Part shown: positions 9,714 to 19,333 of the stretch, piece after piece
How the letters are laid out: every line of letters begins with the position of its first letter
Position numbering within the stretch: position 1 is the first letter of the stretch
NCBI GenBank assembly: GCA_016712345.1
Contig: JADJRH010000002.1
Location: 72,466 to 136,465 of the forward strand
Source of the DNA: Polyangiaceae bacterium
Lineage (GTDB): Bacteria > Myxococcota_A > Polyangia > Polyangiales > Polyangiaceae
Reading direction: 5' to 3'
Length of the DNA: 64,000 nt
Notes under the pieces: generated by a model
Seen by the model: the letters and a program-made list of their open reading frames with translations, nothing else
Told to the model about the DNA's origin: nothing
The model's database searches: none
Made by a program: the position numbers and the translations under genes

Positions 9714-10558
9714 CGTTCACGAACAGATTGGGCGATAAAAAGGGCAACGAGCAGCAGGTTGCCCAACGTCAGGCGAACGAGCACGTAGGTAGACAGGTGG
9801 CCTGCGCAGGCGAAAATGCCGAGGAGCAGGCCATGGGTAGATGGGCCGAGGTAGGCCCATCCGCGGGCGATGGGGGCGAGTTGTTTGGCGTAGAGGGCGG
9901 CCTTTTGGGGGGAAGGTCGCTCGGTTTTCTTTTGGCGCCCAATGGTGGACTGGACAATGAGGAAAATCTCGTAGATTTGAAAGAAGAGCAGGGTGACAGG
10001 GGAGCCGCCTTTTTGTTTGAGTTGAGCGATGTCGGCGCGGGTTTCTGCCAGGTCGTTGCCTTCACGGTAGGAGGAACCTGAAAGGGTAAGGTAGCGATTT
10101 TTGAAGTGGTCAAAAAGTGTTCCTTGGAGAAGGATGCTGACCAATCCGAAAGCGGCGAGGAGAGCGCCTTTTTGACCGTGCGTGTCGTACAGGTGAAACG
10201 ACATCGTGACGCCGGATGTGACACCGACGATGTAGTCACTCATGCCGTCGAGAATGCGACCAAGGCGGGAAGATGTGCCGCGGGCGCGGGCGAGTTGACC
10301 GTCGGCGCAGTCGAGAATTCCATAGAGAAGGGTGAGGGCGGAGGCGATGACAATGGAGCGCTTGTCGGTGAAACGAAAGAGAACAGCACCGGCGAGGCCG
10401 GAGACAATGCTCAACACGGTCATGCCGTTGGCGGAGAGCGGGGTGGGCAACGCGAGTCGAACGAAGAGGTAGGCCGCGGGGCGAAAAAAGTAGAGGTCAA
10501 GCGGGGTTTCTACCTGACCGGGTTTGAGTGTGGCTTTAAAGCTGACTGGCGTTGTCAT
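9689..10558 (-). CDS. CDP-alcohol phosphatidyltransferase family protein (membrane)
   Basis: Signature DCADGQLARARGTSSRLGRILDGMSDY matches D-G-x2-A-R-x8-G-x3-D-x3-D. Multiple TM helices. Start MTTPVSF lies 8 nt after the upstream gene's stop. Confidence 0.75.
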   Translation of the reverse strand: MTTPVSFKATLKPGQVETPLDLYFFRPAAYLFVRLALPTPLSANGMTVLSIVSGLAGAVLFRFTDKRSIVIASALTLLYGILDCADGQLARARGTSSRLGRILDGMSDYIVGVTSGVTMSFHLYDTHGQKGALLAAFGLVSILLQGTLFDHFKNRYLTLSGSSYREGNDLAETRADIAQLKQKGGSPVTLLFFQIYEIFLIVQSTIGRQKKTERPSPQKAALYAKQLAPIARGWAYLGPSTHGLLLGIFACAGHLSTYVLVRLTLGNLLLVALFIAQSVRERQVETASD

Positions 10559-10566
10559 GGGTAGAT

Positions 10567-11760
10567 TCAGCGATGCGCCGAGCAGGCACCACAGAGGGCA
10601 CAACCGGATTGGGCGTGCTGACCTGCCAATTGGGCTTCACCCATCCATTGGTAGGTTTTGGAGAAGACGACCATGACATCGTCGACCGAGGGAGGTGGGG
10701 TTGTTTCAAGTGGGGTGCCGGGGAGGGGGCGAAATACGACGGGGAGAGGAATGGCTCCCACGTCAACAACGGCGCGAACGGCGGCGAGCGTGTCTTGGAG
10801 CGGTTCGAGTCCGATGATGATCTGACTGGATGCCTGGTGGGGGCCGAAGATTTTGACGGAGTGGGCGAGGGCCGAGAGGTAGCGATCACGGGTGATAGCC
10901 GATTTGCCGGGCATGAGCCGACGGCGGATGTCTTCATCCCAAAGTTCTATATTGAGGAGGATGGAGTTGAGTCCGGCGTCTTTGAGGCGGTCAAGCCAGT
11001 CATCGGTGTCGGGTGGAGCCATTTCAACGCACACGGGTAGATCGACGTGGCGCTTGAGTTCGGCGATGGCGTCGGCTTTGTGGCGAGCACTCTTGTCGGG
11101 TGCGAGGCGGGTTCCACCCCCGAACGAAATCTCGGCGGCAGGGTTTTCTTGGAGAGCAACTTTGACAACTTCGATAATCGATTCAATGGGGCGCCATTTG
11201 GCTTTTTGGTCGATTTTCATTGCACAAAATTGGCACATTTGGTCGCCCTGCCAATAGTCGCAGCCGCCTTGGTAAATGGCTGTATACAAGCTTGTGTCGC
11301 AATGGGCGGACACCACCATGGACATGGGAGTTCCGTTGGATGTGGTGCGGTTATACCATTGGGGCCAAGCGAACGGTGTGGCCCCTACCATTCTATCTGA
11401 GCCATGGTAGACGGCGTACCCGCCGTTTTCGCGTTCGCGTTCGAGGTGGAGGGGAGAATTTTGAACGAACGGTTCGAGAACGGGGGCGTTGACGGCGGTG
11501 TGCGATTGTCCGTCGTGAAGGCGAAAAAAACGGCCTTGAGAGAGGCCGGCGCGCTTGTGAAGGTAGTGATTTTCGTCGGTGAGTTCTGCCCAAATATCGG
11601 GTGCGATTTGCAGGCCTTGGGCGAAAATCCGAGCTTTGGCGAGCATGAGATTTTCGTTGATGGGGCGGCGAGCCTGTGGAGCGGCAACGGGGAGGGTAGG
11701 GAGTGAATGGGTAGGTGTGGACGGCGCTGAAAAGAGAGGGAGCGATCGCACGATGGTCAC
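10567..11760 (-). CDS. Radical-SAM-like Fe-S protein with a non-canonical cysteine triad (CX8CX2C) and an extra C-terminal Cys cluster
   Basis: GGCDYWQGDQMCQFC. The Gly-rich 'ISFGGG' block and 'IIIGLEP' resemble radical-SAM SAM-binding/barrel motifs. C-terminal CALCGACSAH. Start is ambiguous (11760 or internal MLAKARIF). Confidence 0.45.
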   Translation of the reverse strand: MTIVRSLPLFSAPSTPTHSLPTLPVAAPQARRPINENLMLAKARIFAQGLQIAPDIWAELTDENHYLHKRAGLSQGRFFRLHDGQSHTAVNAPVLEPFVQNSPLHLERERENGGYAVYHGSDRMVGATPFAWPQWYNRTTSNGTPMSMVVSAHCDTSLYTAIYQGGCDYWQGDQMCQFCAMKIDQKAKWRPIESIIEVVKVALQENPAAEISFGGGTRLAPDKSARHKADAIAELKRHVDLPVCVEMAPPDTDDWLDRLKDAGLNSILLNIELWDEDIRRRLMPGKSAITRDRYLSALAHSVKIFGPHQASSQIIIGLEPLQDTLAAVRAVVDVGAIPLPVVFRPLPGTPLETTPPPSVDDVMVVFSKTYQWMGEAQLAGQHAQSGCALCGACSAHR

Positions 11761-11854
11761 TCTACGGGGAAAAGCGTCGCGGTCGCAAGGTCGGTGAGGA
11801 AGGGAGGTGAAGTTTGCGAGGGAGGTCGGGTAAGTCAGTGAGGAAGGCGGTCAG

Positions 11855-13372
11855 TCAGCGAGGGACGCGGCGCGCGGCTTCACACAGGGCTTTTTTGAAC
11901 GGATCGGCGGGGGTTTGAGGGGAAGGTTTTTCTTCACACGCAACTTCAGGCGTGAGCGGGTCGAGCGCGATGCCAAGGGTATATGCGCGCGGTTCACTCT
12001 GGGGGTGAAGCAGACCGTGGAGGCTCCAATAACGGCCATTTCGACCGTGGATCTCTTCAGGCTTTTCAACATAGTGTTTGGCAGCTTCGGTTTGACCTTC
12101 TGCAAGGAGAGCCGCTGTCAGGTAACACCGAACCGAGGCTTCCCACGGAACGGCGGCATGGGCGACCGAATGCTGAACCGCCGCGGCGCGGGGGTGACCG
12201 CGGTCAAATAGAAGTTGACCGAGGCGGACGGCTTTTACGGCCTGTTTCATGTTGGGGATCTTGGCGCCGGGTTTGAGTTCGTCCGGGATGTCTTTGGGTA
12301 CACCCGCGAGGTGTTGACGCCACCTTGTGTCCCACGCGGCAAGGTCCATTCCAGAGATTTCTTTGAGCGCTCCCGCGGCGGGGTCGTCTGCGGGAGACTC
12401 TTTGACTTTGACAACCATGCGGGGGAGCGCGTCTTCGCCGAGTTCAGAGGCAAAAAATCGGACAAAGCTGGAGACTTCAGCGTAGGCAACGGAGGCTTCT
12501 TCAGCCGAGGGTAACATGGCAATGGAAGGGCCGAGTTTGTCGAGCGGCCGGCCGAGGTTCATGGCGATGCCCACGGCGGCGTACGCATCGTTATTGGGTA
12601 GATCGTCGTGAGGCCACGCTTCTCTCCAGCGTGTTTCCTCGCGTTTTGCGACGCCCTCTTGAAACCAGAGGGGGGCTTTGTCGCGGGTGCCGGCGGTGAG
12701 GGCGAGATGGGTAAGTTCGTGCGCGAGAGTATCCATCCAACCATACCCGTGGGCGCGCGGGGAGAGCATTGTCACTCGACCCCACTTGGCGATGGCGACA
12801 GTGCCCGTGGTTTGCGCGGCTTCGTAGGGTAGACCGGTGACGGCGGAGAGGGTTAGTTGGTCACGAACAAGTTCAATTCGAATGGGGGAGGGTAGAGTGA
12901 CGCCGAGATCTTTGGCGAGGGTAGATCGCGCTTTGTCAGCAACGTCGACGATGAAAGGAACCAGGGCTTGATCGTCGTCGTCTTGGAGGCGCACGGAGAC
13001 GCCTTTTTCTTTGTCGACGATGGTGACGGTGGCTGCCGTTGCCCGGGCGCAGCCGCGGGCGATGTCGCCGATGTGGCGTGTTTCGTCGCTCATTGCGAGG
13101 TCGGCCCGCGAGAGGAGTTCTACCGCGCGGTCACAATCCCCCTCGTATACAGCGAGTCGAGCGCGTTCAACGGCGATGACAGGGTCCGTGCTTTCTGTTG
13201 CGTCGAGAATGGTATGAGCACTGGTAAGGTCAAGTTCGAGGATAGCCCCGCGGGCGAGCGACGCCGTGATGTCAGAAAGGGTAGGGAGGCGATTTTCGGC
13301 GTGGGATATGGATGGTAGAGCAACGGCAAATGTGAAGGCTGCAAGGGTTGGGAAAAGGCGGGCGGTTTTCAT
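11855..13372 (-). CDS. Secreted zincin-like metallopeptidase (Peptidase_MA_2-like HExxH...EG motif)
   Basis: Signal peptide MKTARLFPTLAAFTFAVALPSISHA. LAHELTHLAL (HExxH) followed by LWFQEGVAK. Confidence 0.55.
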   Translation of the reverse strand: MKTARLFPTLAAFTFAVALPSISHAENRLPTLSDITASLARGAILELDLTSAHTILDATESTDPVIAVERARLAVYEGDCDRAVELLSRADLAMSDETRHIGDIARGCARATAATVTIVDKEKGVSVRLQDDDDQALVPFIVDVADKARSTLAKDLGVTLPSPIRIELVRDQLTLSAVTGLPYEAAQTTGTVAIAKWGRVTMLSPRAHGYGWMDTLAHELTHLALTAGTRDKAPLWFQEGVAKREETRWREAWPHDDLPNNDAYAAVGIAMNLGRPLDKLGPSIAMLPSAEEASVAYAEVSSFVRFFASELGEDALPRMVVKVKESPADDPAAGALKEISGMDLAAWDTRWRQHLAGVPKDIPDELKPGAKIPNMKQAVKAVRLGQLLFDRGHPRAAAVQHSVAHAAVPWEASVRCYLTAALLAEGQTEAAKHYVEKPEEIHGRNGRYWSLHGLLHPQSEPRAYTLGIALDPLTPEVACEEKPSPQTPADPFKKALCEAARRVPR

Positions 13373-16263
13373 TTGAGGAGGCCCTCCGCATAACGTTTCA
13401 CGGCCTCTTTTAATGCCGGGTCAACGGGGCCACTCAACCCATCCATGACACGTTTGCGAAACGCTTCAGGGCCTTTGTATTTGTCCTTGCCTGGGATGTC
13501 GGCCTTCCCACCGATGGGTTTGTTGCGCGGGTCTTCATCGGTGCCGTGGGAGCGATCACCTGATTCATCGTCTTTGCGATTTTGGGCCATTTCAAGGGCG
13601 CGCTGCGCTGTTTCTTGTTGTTTCTTACCCTTCTCACCATCTCCCTCTTGGAGGGCTCGTTGGGCTTCCCGCATGGCGCGCTCGGCGTCTGTCAACCTGT
13701 CGAGAGTATCTTGGTCAAGCGTGCGGTTTCCGCGGTGGGCTTTTTCAGAAAGGCTGCGCGCGCGTTCGGCGAGTTTTTCTTCGTTTTTGGAGGACTTTGA
13801 GAGTTCTTCTTTGGCTCTTTCGCGGGCGGCTTTTCGCAACTTTTCAAGCGCTTCTTCGGCCCATTTGAGTTCACGTTCCAGCGTTTCGGCGGCTTCAGCG
13901 GCTTTTTGACCGGTGGACTTGTCAAAAAACGAATCACCGCCGAGGCGCTTGGCTTCTTTGAGGGCTTTGAGCGCTTCTTTACCGCGTTCTACCGCGTCTT
14001 TCAGGTTTTGACTGTCAAGCGAACCGGCCATCCCCTCGGCTTCTTGACGGCCGGCCGCCGCTTCAGCTTCGGCTGTTTCAGGTCGGCCTTGTTTGGGTAG
14101 ATCTTTGACGGCGTTGCGAATGTTTTTGGCGTGTTCGCGGGCGGCTTCTTTGATGGCTTCACGCTCTTCCCGTTCGGCTCGGTCGAGCGCTTGACTCACC
14201 TGATTCATCTCGGTGGCATGGTCGCGGGCGAGATCTTCGAGTTCTTGTTCGTTGGCCGCCTGTTCCGCATCGGCGTCGGATGCTTCGCTTGGATCCATGG
14301 AAGGGGCTCCACCCGACTCAACTCCACCGCCTCCTCCGCCGCCGCCTGAAAAGGAAGCATCGGGTTTGCGAAGCCGCGCGGCGAGATCTTGAGCTGCCAA
14401 CTCCGCATGTTTGAAGTCGGACGGTTTGCGAGCGCGATCGATCCGGCGGAGATCGGAGGCGACAATCTCACCGAGATCGAGCCCGAGTTCCCCCAGTTTG
14501 AGCAGTTGTTTGCCACCGGAGTCGAGCACTCCAAACGAAGCATCGAGTCGCAGAGCAGCACTTTCGGTGTCCATTCCCAAAGCGAGAGCGCCGGCGGCGA
14601 GCGCGGTTTCGTCGGCGACGTCGGCAAGGCGTTTGGCGACGGCGCGCGTGTCGCGGACTGCGAGGGCGCGAAGTCCTCCGTCAAATGCCAATAGGGCATC
14701 TTCGGTTTCGTGAATGAGCTTGTCGTACGTTGTTTGCGAGGGCGCTTTGCTGAATGCGTCGAGGCTTTTGTCGAGGCGACTCCATTGTCCTCGGGCCAAT
14801 GCGGTCATTCGGCCATTGGGGGTGAGGCCGGCAAACGTTTTTCCAAGGGCCTCCATGGTGAATTGGCGCGCGCGTTTTTGAGCGTCTGTTTCCGCCGCAA
14901 CAATGTCTTTGGAGGTTTTGGGGTCAAACTTGGTTTCAATGCGGTGCGCGAGCAGGTCTGTGAGTTGGTCGCGGGCCTTTAGCAATTCGGCATATCGAAG
15001 CGCTTCAGGCTCACCGGCCTGCGGCAACACGACAATCACGGCCTCGCTCTTACCCCACTTGGGACCGCTCACTTCATCGTTGTCGCGGGCTTCAATTCGC
15101 ACTTCCACAGGAGCGTAGGTTTTGCGAAAGAAGGGGTCATTGGGGCCGAGTTGAACACTGCCTTTGTCGGTTTTTGCGTCGGTCGCCGGGCGCGAAAGAA
15201 TGCGGCGTTCCTCGCGGGCGCCGGCTCGCATGGAGAGCACCACTTCTCGCAGGCCGTGGTCGTCTTCGGCTTCGTAGGTGAGGGCGATGTTGGGTTCGTC
15301 TAGAATGCGAGTTGTGCGCGGGGCTCCGGCGACTCGAACTTTGGGAGCTTCGTCGGCGATGGCTGTGATGACCTGTTCGTCGGCTTGCGGGATGCGCACA
15401 TCCCCAAAGGCCGCAACAATGTGTATTCTAGAATTTTCGGTGAGTGTGAGGTGAGCGACAATGCCCCCGCCGCCGTCGCCCACAAAGGGTGTTTCGGTTC
15501 GCCCGTCGCTGATGAGGAGTTGTCGGCCCGAGTGAACGGCGGTGCCGCGCACGGCGATTTTGGTGCCGCGGGGGAGTGCAACGGGTGTGAATGGGTTGAG
15601 CAGCTCTTCAGACTCGTGAAGGTACGAGGGCGGCGTGGCGGACATGGAGATGTCGTCGACCCAAAAGAGCGGCAGCGGCGCGGTGCCGTTGCGGGCTGCG
15701 AGAACGTCGAGACCTTCGATGATGCGGAACGGCTCGGCGACGACGATGGCGAGAGCGGCGCCCGCGATGAATAGGGCAGCGACGGACCATCCGGCGGCGA
15801 GAGAAGCGGCGCGGCGACGAATGACGTCGAGCGGCGCGCGATCGAGGAGGCGACGAAGATGAAGGGCTGCGAGCGCGGGGGAACCGGCGTTGTCATCTTG
15901 AAGCGTGCGTTCAGAGAGACTCAATGCGCGAAGTGTTGCCGCGGAAAGATCGGGATCGGTGCGGCCGACGGCTTCCGCGATGGTGCGGCGCGGATCGGCT
16001 CGGCGCTTGCGAACGATGACCGCGCGAGCGACTGCTCCGAGGATCAAGGCTGCGAATATGGCTGCGGCGGCGAAGCGAGCGCGTTGTGTACCCATGCGCG
16101 CGAGCAGCGCCAGGAGCACAAATGCGAGGGCGAAAAGCGCTGCGATGACTCGCCGAACCGACGGTGAGATTTCAGCGTCCCATGAAGAACGCAGGCGGGA
16201 GAGCCATTCTGGAGCGATCGCGGGCTGCGCACCGGTGCGCGTATCGGGCTTGGCAACGGCCAT
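13369..16263 (-). CDS. Large membrane-anchored protein with N-terminal TM helices and a very long Glu/Lys/Ala/Arg-rich coiled-coil C-terminal half (DUF4175-like architecture); function unknown
   Basis: Start is ATG at 16263 (MAVAKPD) or TTG at 16293. TM segments near the N-terminus. A GGGGGGGG tract. C-terminal heptad-rich low complexity. 4-bp overlap (ATGA) with the downstream zincin gene. Confidence 0.6.
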   Translation of the reverse strand: MAVAKPDTRTGAQPAIAPEWLSRLRSSWDAEISPSVRRVIAALFALAFVLLALLARMGTQRARFAAAAIFAALILGAVARAVIVRKRRADPRRTIAEAVGRTDPDLSAATLRALSLSERTLQDDNAGSPALAALHLRRLLDRAPLDVIRRRAASLAAGWSVAALFIAGAALAIVVAEPFRIIEGLDVLAARNGTAPLPLFWVDDISMSATPPSYLHESEELLNPFTPVALPRGTKIAVRGTAVHSGRQLLISDGRTETPFVGDGGGGIVAHLTLTENSRIHIVAAFGDVRIPQADEQVITAIADEAPKVRVAGAPRTTRILDEPNIALTYEAEDDHGLREVVLSMRAGAREERRILSRPATDAKTDKGSVQLGPNDPFFRKTYAPVEVRIEARDNDEVSGPKWGKSEAVIVVLPQAGEPEALRYAELLKARDQLTDLLAHRIETKFDPKTSKDIVAAETDAQKRARQFTMEALGKTFAGLTPNGRMTALARGQWSRLDKSLDAFSKAPSQTTYDKLIHETEDALLAFDGGLRALAVRDTRAVAKRLADVADETALAAGALALGMDTESAALRLDASFGVLDSGGKQLLKLGELGLDLGEIVASDLRRIDRARKPSDFKHAELAAQDLAARLRKPDASFSGGGGGGGGVESGGAPSMDPSEASDADAEQAANEQELEDLARDHATEMNQVSQALDRAEREEREAIKEAAREHAKNIRNAVKDLPKQGRPETAEAEAAAGRQEAEGMAGSLDSQNLKDAVERGKEALKALKEAKRLGGDSFFDKSTGQKAAEAAETLERELKWAEEALEKLRKAARERAKEELSKSSKNEEKLAERARSLSEKAHRGNRTLDQDTLDRLTDAERAMREAQRALQEGDGEKGKKQQETAQRALEMAQNRKDDESGDRSHGTDEDPRNKPIGGKADIPGKDKYKGPEAFRKRVMDGLSGPVDPALKEAVKRYAEGLLK

Positions 16264-16338
16264 CGGGGCGAAGCGTAGCCGGGTGGCCAACAAGGTCCAG
16301 CCGGGTGCGCAAACAGCGGGTTCCGAGGCGCGATGTTT

Positions 16339-16971
16339 TCACCCGGCGGGAGCCGGTTTTCGTGCGATGCCGCGGACGGAGGGGCGGGTAAAAAACATCG
16401 CTTTGCGCAGGCTTTCGCGCTGTTCGTTTTGAACTTCAAACCCGGCCGCGCGGATGGTGTCGGCGGTGCGGCGCGTGAGATGGCAGTTGCCCGCGATGTG
16501 TTTCCAAACCGGCTCAATTCGCTTTTGCCAGGCAAAGCGATCGGCTCGGTCTTCTGCTGCAACGTGTTCGATGTACACAAGCGCTCCGCCGGGACGGAGC
16601 ACGCGATGGATCTCTCGGAGCGATTGCTCGGGGTCGCGCACGGAGCAGAGAACGAGCGTCGTGACGACCGCATCGAACGACGCATCGCGAAACGGCAGCG
16701 ACTCCGAAACGGAGTTCATGATCTCCACGTCAGCGCGCTTGGAGAGGCGTGCCCGCTCGCGCAGTTTGGGGAGCATGTGGGAATCGGGTTCGGTTACGAC
16801 AAGGCGCGAAACTTCCGCCGAATAGTGGCGGAGGTTGGCCCCGGTGCCGGCCCCAATCTCAAGCACTTCACCTGACAGTTCGCGCAGGAGTTCAGCGCGC
16901 CAAGCGATGAGGCAGGCTTCTTCCACGTTGGACATGAAGCGGTCGTAGATGGCGGACATGAACCACGACAT
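16339..16971 (-). CDS. Class I SAM-dependent methyltransferase (Methyltransf_11/UbiE-like)
   Basis: Motif I VLEIGAGTGANLRHY. Post-I acidic residue. VLRPGGALVYIEH. Confidence 0.75.
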   Translation of the reverse strand: MSWFMSAIYDRFMSNVEEACLIAWRAELLRELSGEVLEIGAGTGANLRHYSAEVSRLVVTEPDSHMLPKLRERARLSKRADVEIMNSVSESLPFRDASFDAVVTTLVLCSVRDPEQSLREIHRVLRPGGALVYIEHVAAEDRADRFAWQKRIEPVWKHIAGNCHLTRRTADTIRAAGFEVQNEQRESLRKAMFFTRPSVRGIARKPAPAG

Positions 16972-17083
16972 GGCAAGCAGATGGTGTCACCTGTTGTGCG
17001 ACGTGCACACGCCAATTTGTGCGCGCGATCTTTACGCGCGCAACGTGCTGGCGTTTGCGTGCGACGTGATACGTTCGCCCGTT

Positions 17084-18313
17084 ATGGCGAAGCGCACCGG
17101 CTCCACGGCGCGCGGCGCAAACGCGTCGCGAGGTATGGAGCGCAAAGACTTGACGGGCCCGAGGCCCGCCGTGGCAAAAGCCGCGAAAAAGCGCGCTGCG
17201 CCCGATGCACCGCCGACAAGTCGAGAACGCGCCAGGCGCTCACCCAAAGTTGGAACGAAGGCCGTGACCCCGCCGAGGAGCACGGCGCAGGAGAAGCACG
17301 GAACGAAAGGCGCCGCGCGCGCAAGCAAGTCTTCTCCGTTGGATCAGGCGGCGCAGGCCGGTCGTGGCGCGGGCAGCACAAATGTGTACGCATCAAGCGG
17401 CGTCGAGCGTTCTCGGCGCGTGAGCATCCTGCCGCTGCCGAGTTTGGATTTTGGTTTGGCGCGTGTTCCGGCGCGAATTCCCACTCCGCCGTTGTTGGCA
17501 CCGCGATCAATGGAGTTGGAGTGGACGGGGGATCCGGGCGGATCGGCGCCGCCTCCGGAGGCCGCGTTTGATCGTTGGGTTCGACGTGGTGACGAACTGT
17601 TGCGTCGGCTCGCCGAACACGGTGCGGCGACGCATGAATATCGGGCGAACCTAGCGGAGGGGATGTTCTGCTGGATCGATCCGGAGGGACGGGTGTCGGC
17701 GCAGGCGCAGGCCGCTCTGTTGTGTACGTTCAACCCGCAGACGCAGGCTGTGAAAATGGGGTGGGCAGATCCTCAGACACGGCGTTTTTCGTTGCCGGCA
17801 ATTGCGGGGATGGTCGCTGAGGTGGATGACGTGGATGAAGAAGCGGCCTGGCACATCGCCATGGCCGCGGCGGATCACTCGGGCGCGCAATACATCTATC
17901 GCGTGCGTTCACCGGCGCAGTGCGTGTTTGTGGCTCTGTCGCGGCTGACGTTTTCTCCCGATGCGGAGGAGTTCGTTCCTGCAACTCCCGTATCGATGGT
18001 GCTTGCGACGCTGCACGAAGTGCACGCTGCGGCTTGTTTGCGAGCCGAGCCGCTCGATACGTTTCGAGCGCGCGTGGCGGCGGCGGGCGCGGCTCTTCTC
18101 GAACACGCTGAATATGTACACCGCGACACCGATTGGGTGGCTCGCCTGGAGCGCACCGGAAAGCGTTTGAGAATGCTCGCCGAGCAACTTCCGAGGCCTA
18201 CCTTTTTCAGTGTCGCAAAGGGCGCGAATACGGTTTGGTTGGAAGCGGATATTGCCGATGAGCTGGCGGCTTCCGTTGCTCTGTTGGAAGAAGAGTGGCG
18301 GCAATTTAAGTAG
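17084..18313 (+). CDS. Hypothetical protein with a basic Lys/Ala/Arg-rich disordered N-terminus and a C-terminal globular domain
   Basis: Long ORF (16949..18313) whose first in-frame ATG with sensible context is at 17084 (MAKRTG). No recognisable motif. Confidence 0.4.
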   Translation: MAKRTGSTARGANASRGMERKDLTGPRPAVAKAAKKRAAPDAPPTSRERARRSPKVGTKAVTPPRSTAQEKHGTKGAARASKSSPLDQAAQAGRGAGSTNVYASSGVERSRRVSILPLPSLDFGLARVPARIPTPPLLAPRSMELEWTGDPGGSAPPPEAAFDRWVRRGDELLRRLAEHGAATHEYRANLAEGMFCWIDPEGRVSAQAQAALLCTFNPQTQAVKMGWADPQTRRFSLPAIAGMVAEVDDVDEEAAWHIAMAAADHSGAQYIYRVRSPAQCVFVALSRLTFSPDAEEFVPATPVSMVLATLHEVHAAACLRAEPLDTFRARVAAAGAALLEHAEYVHRDTDWVARLERTGKRLRMLAEQLPRPTFFSVAKGANTVWLEADIADELAASVALLEEEWRQFK

Positions 18314-18436
18314 TTTCGATCCGCGGCAATGGAACGCGCGTGTGTCGAGTGTTCACCGCCGTTGTTCGGGGCGTCGGCGACGATCGCAAAACGGAAGCTT
18401 GGTTTGCGCGTTCACCTTCGCATAGGCTAGCGCTGG

Positions 18437-19333
18437 ATGCGGCTTCTCCCATTGGTGCGCGGCTTGGTGTTGGTTGGGGCGACTGCGCTCGCCTTTGCGC
18501 CGACCGCGCTCTTTTCCGATGTTGCGTACGCACAGCAAAAGGGCGGTGTGACCCCGCTGATTCAACGCGCCGCTGAGCTGTTTGACGACCAGCAATACGA
18601 AGAATCAATTCAAACCCTGTCGGCGGCGCTTCTCCGGCCCGGATCGTCGACGCGCGAAAAGATCGAGATCTACCGGTTGCTTGCGTACAACTACATTACG
18701 TTGAAGCGCACCGACGAAGCCGACAGCGCTGTGCGCGGTTTGTACGTGATCGATGAGTCGTTTGTGTTGCCCGCGACAGAATCGCCGCGTTTTCGAGAGT
18801 TTTTCGAGGCGACGCGCAAGAAGTGGGTTGAAGAGGGCAAGCCCGGAAAATCCGCGGAGACGAGCGGCGCTCCGGCTGAGGCGCCTGTCAAAGTGACACA
18901 CAGTTCACCGGCGCAGGTGGAGCCTGGAACAACCATCAAGTTGAGCGGATCGGTGGATGACCCCAACGGGCGCGTGCGGGGCGTGCAGCTCTTTTATCGC
19001 GCGGGCACCAAAGGCAAGTTCAAGATCGTCGCGGGCACGTACACACTCGGAAAATTCAACACGCAAATTCCAGGCAAAGACGTGGTGCCTCCGCTTGTTG
19101 AATATTATTTGGAGGCGGTTGATAACGGCGGTTTGCCGGTTGCTTCGCGCGGCGATGTGTCCACTCCGCTGCGGATCGTTGTTCCCGAGCCGCAGAAGAG
19201 CGGCGTATTTTCGAGCCCGGCGTTTTGGATTCCGGTGGGCGCCGTTGTTGTCGGGGCCGCGGTGGGCATTCCGCTCGGATTTGCGTTCCTGGGCCCCAAA
19301 CAAACCGCAACTGTTCGGGTGGGCATAAAGTAG
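18437..19333 (+). CDS. Secreted/membrane protein with a signal peptide, TPR-like segment and a C-terminal TM helix
   Basis: MRLLPLVRGLVLVGATALAFAPTALFSDVAYAQQ. C-terminal FWIPVGAVVVGAAVGIPLGFAFLG. Its stop overlaps the prmA GTG start by 1 nt. Confidence 0.5.
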   Translation: MRLLPLVRGLVLVGATALAFAPTALFSDVAYAQQKGGVTPLIQRAAELFDDQQYEESIQTLSAALLRPGSSTREKIEIYRLLAYNYITLKRTDEADSAVRGLYVIDESFVLPATESPRFREFFEATRKKWVEEGKPGKSAETSGAPAEAPVKVTHSSPAQVEPGTTIKLSGSVDDPNGRVRGVQLFYRAGTKGKFKIVAGTYTLGKFNTQIPGKDVVPPLVEYYLEAVDNGGLPVASRGDVSTPLRIVVPEPQKSGVFSSPAFWIPVGAVVVGAAVGIPLGFAFLGPKQTATVRVGIK

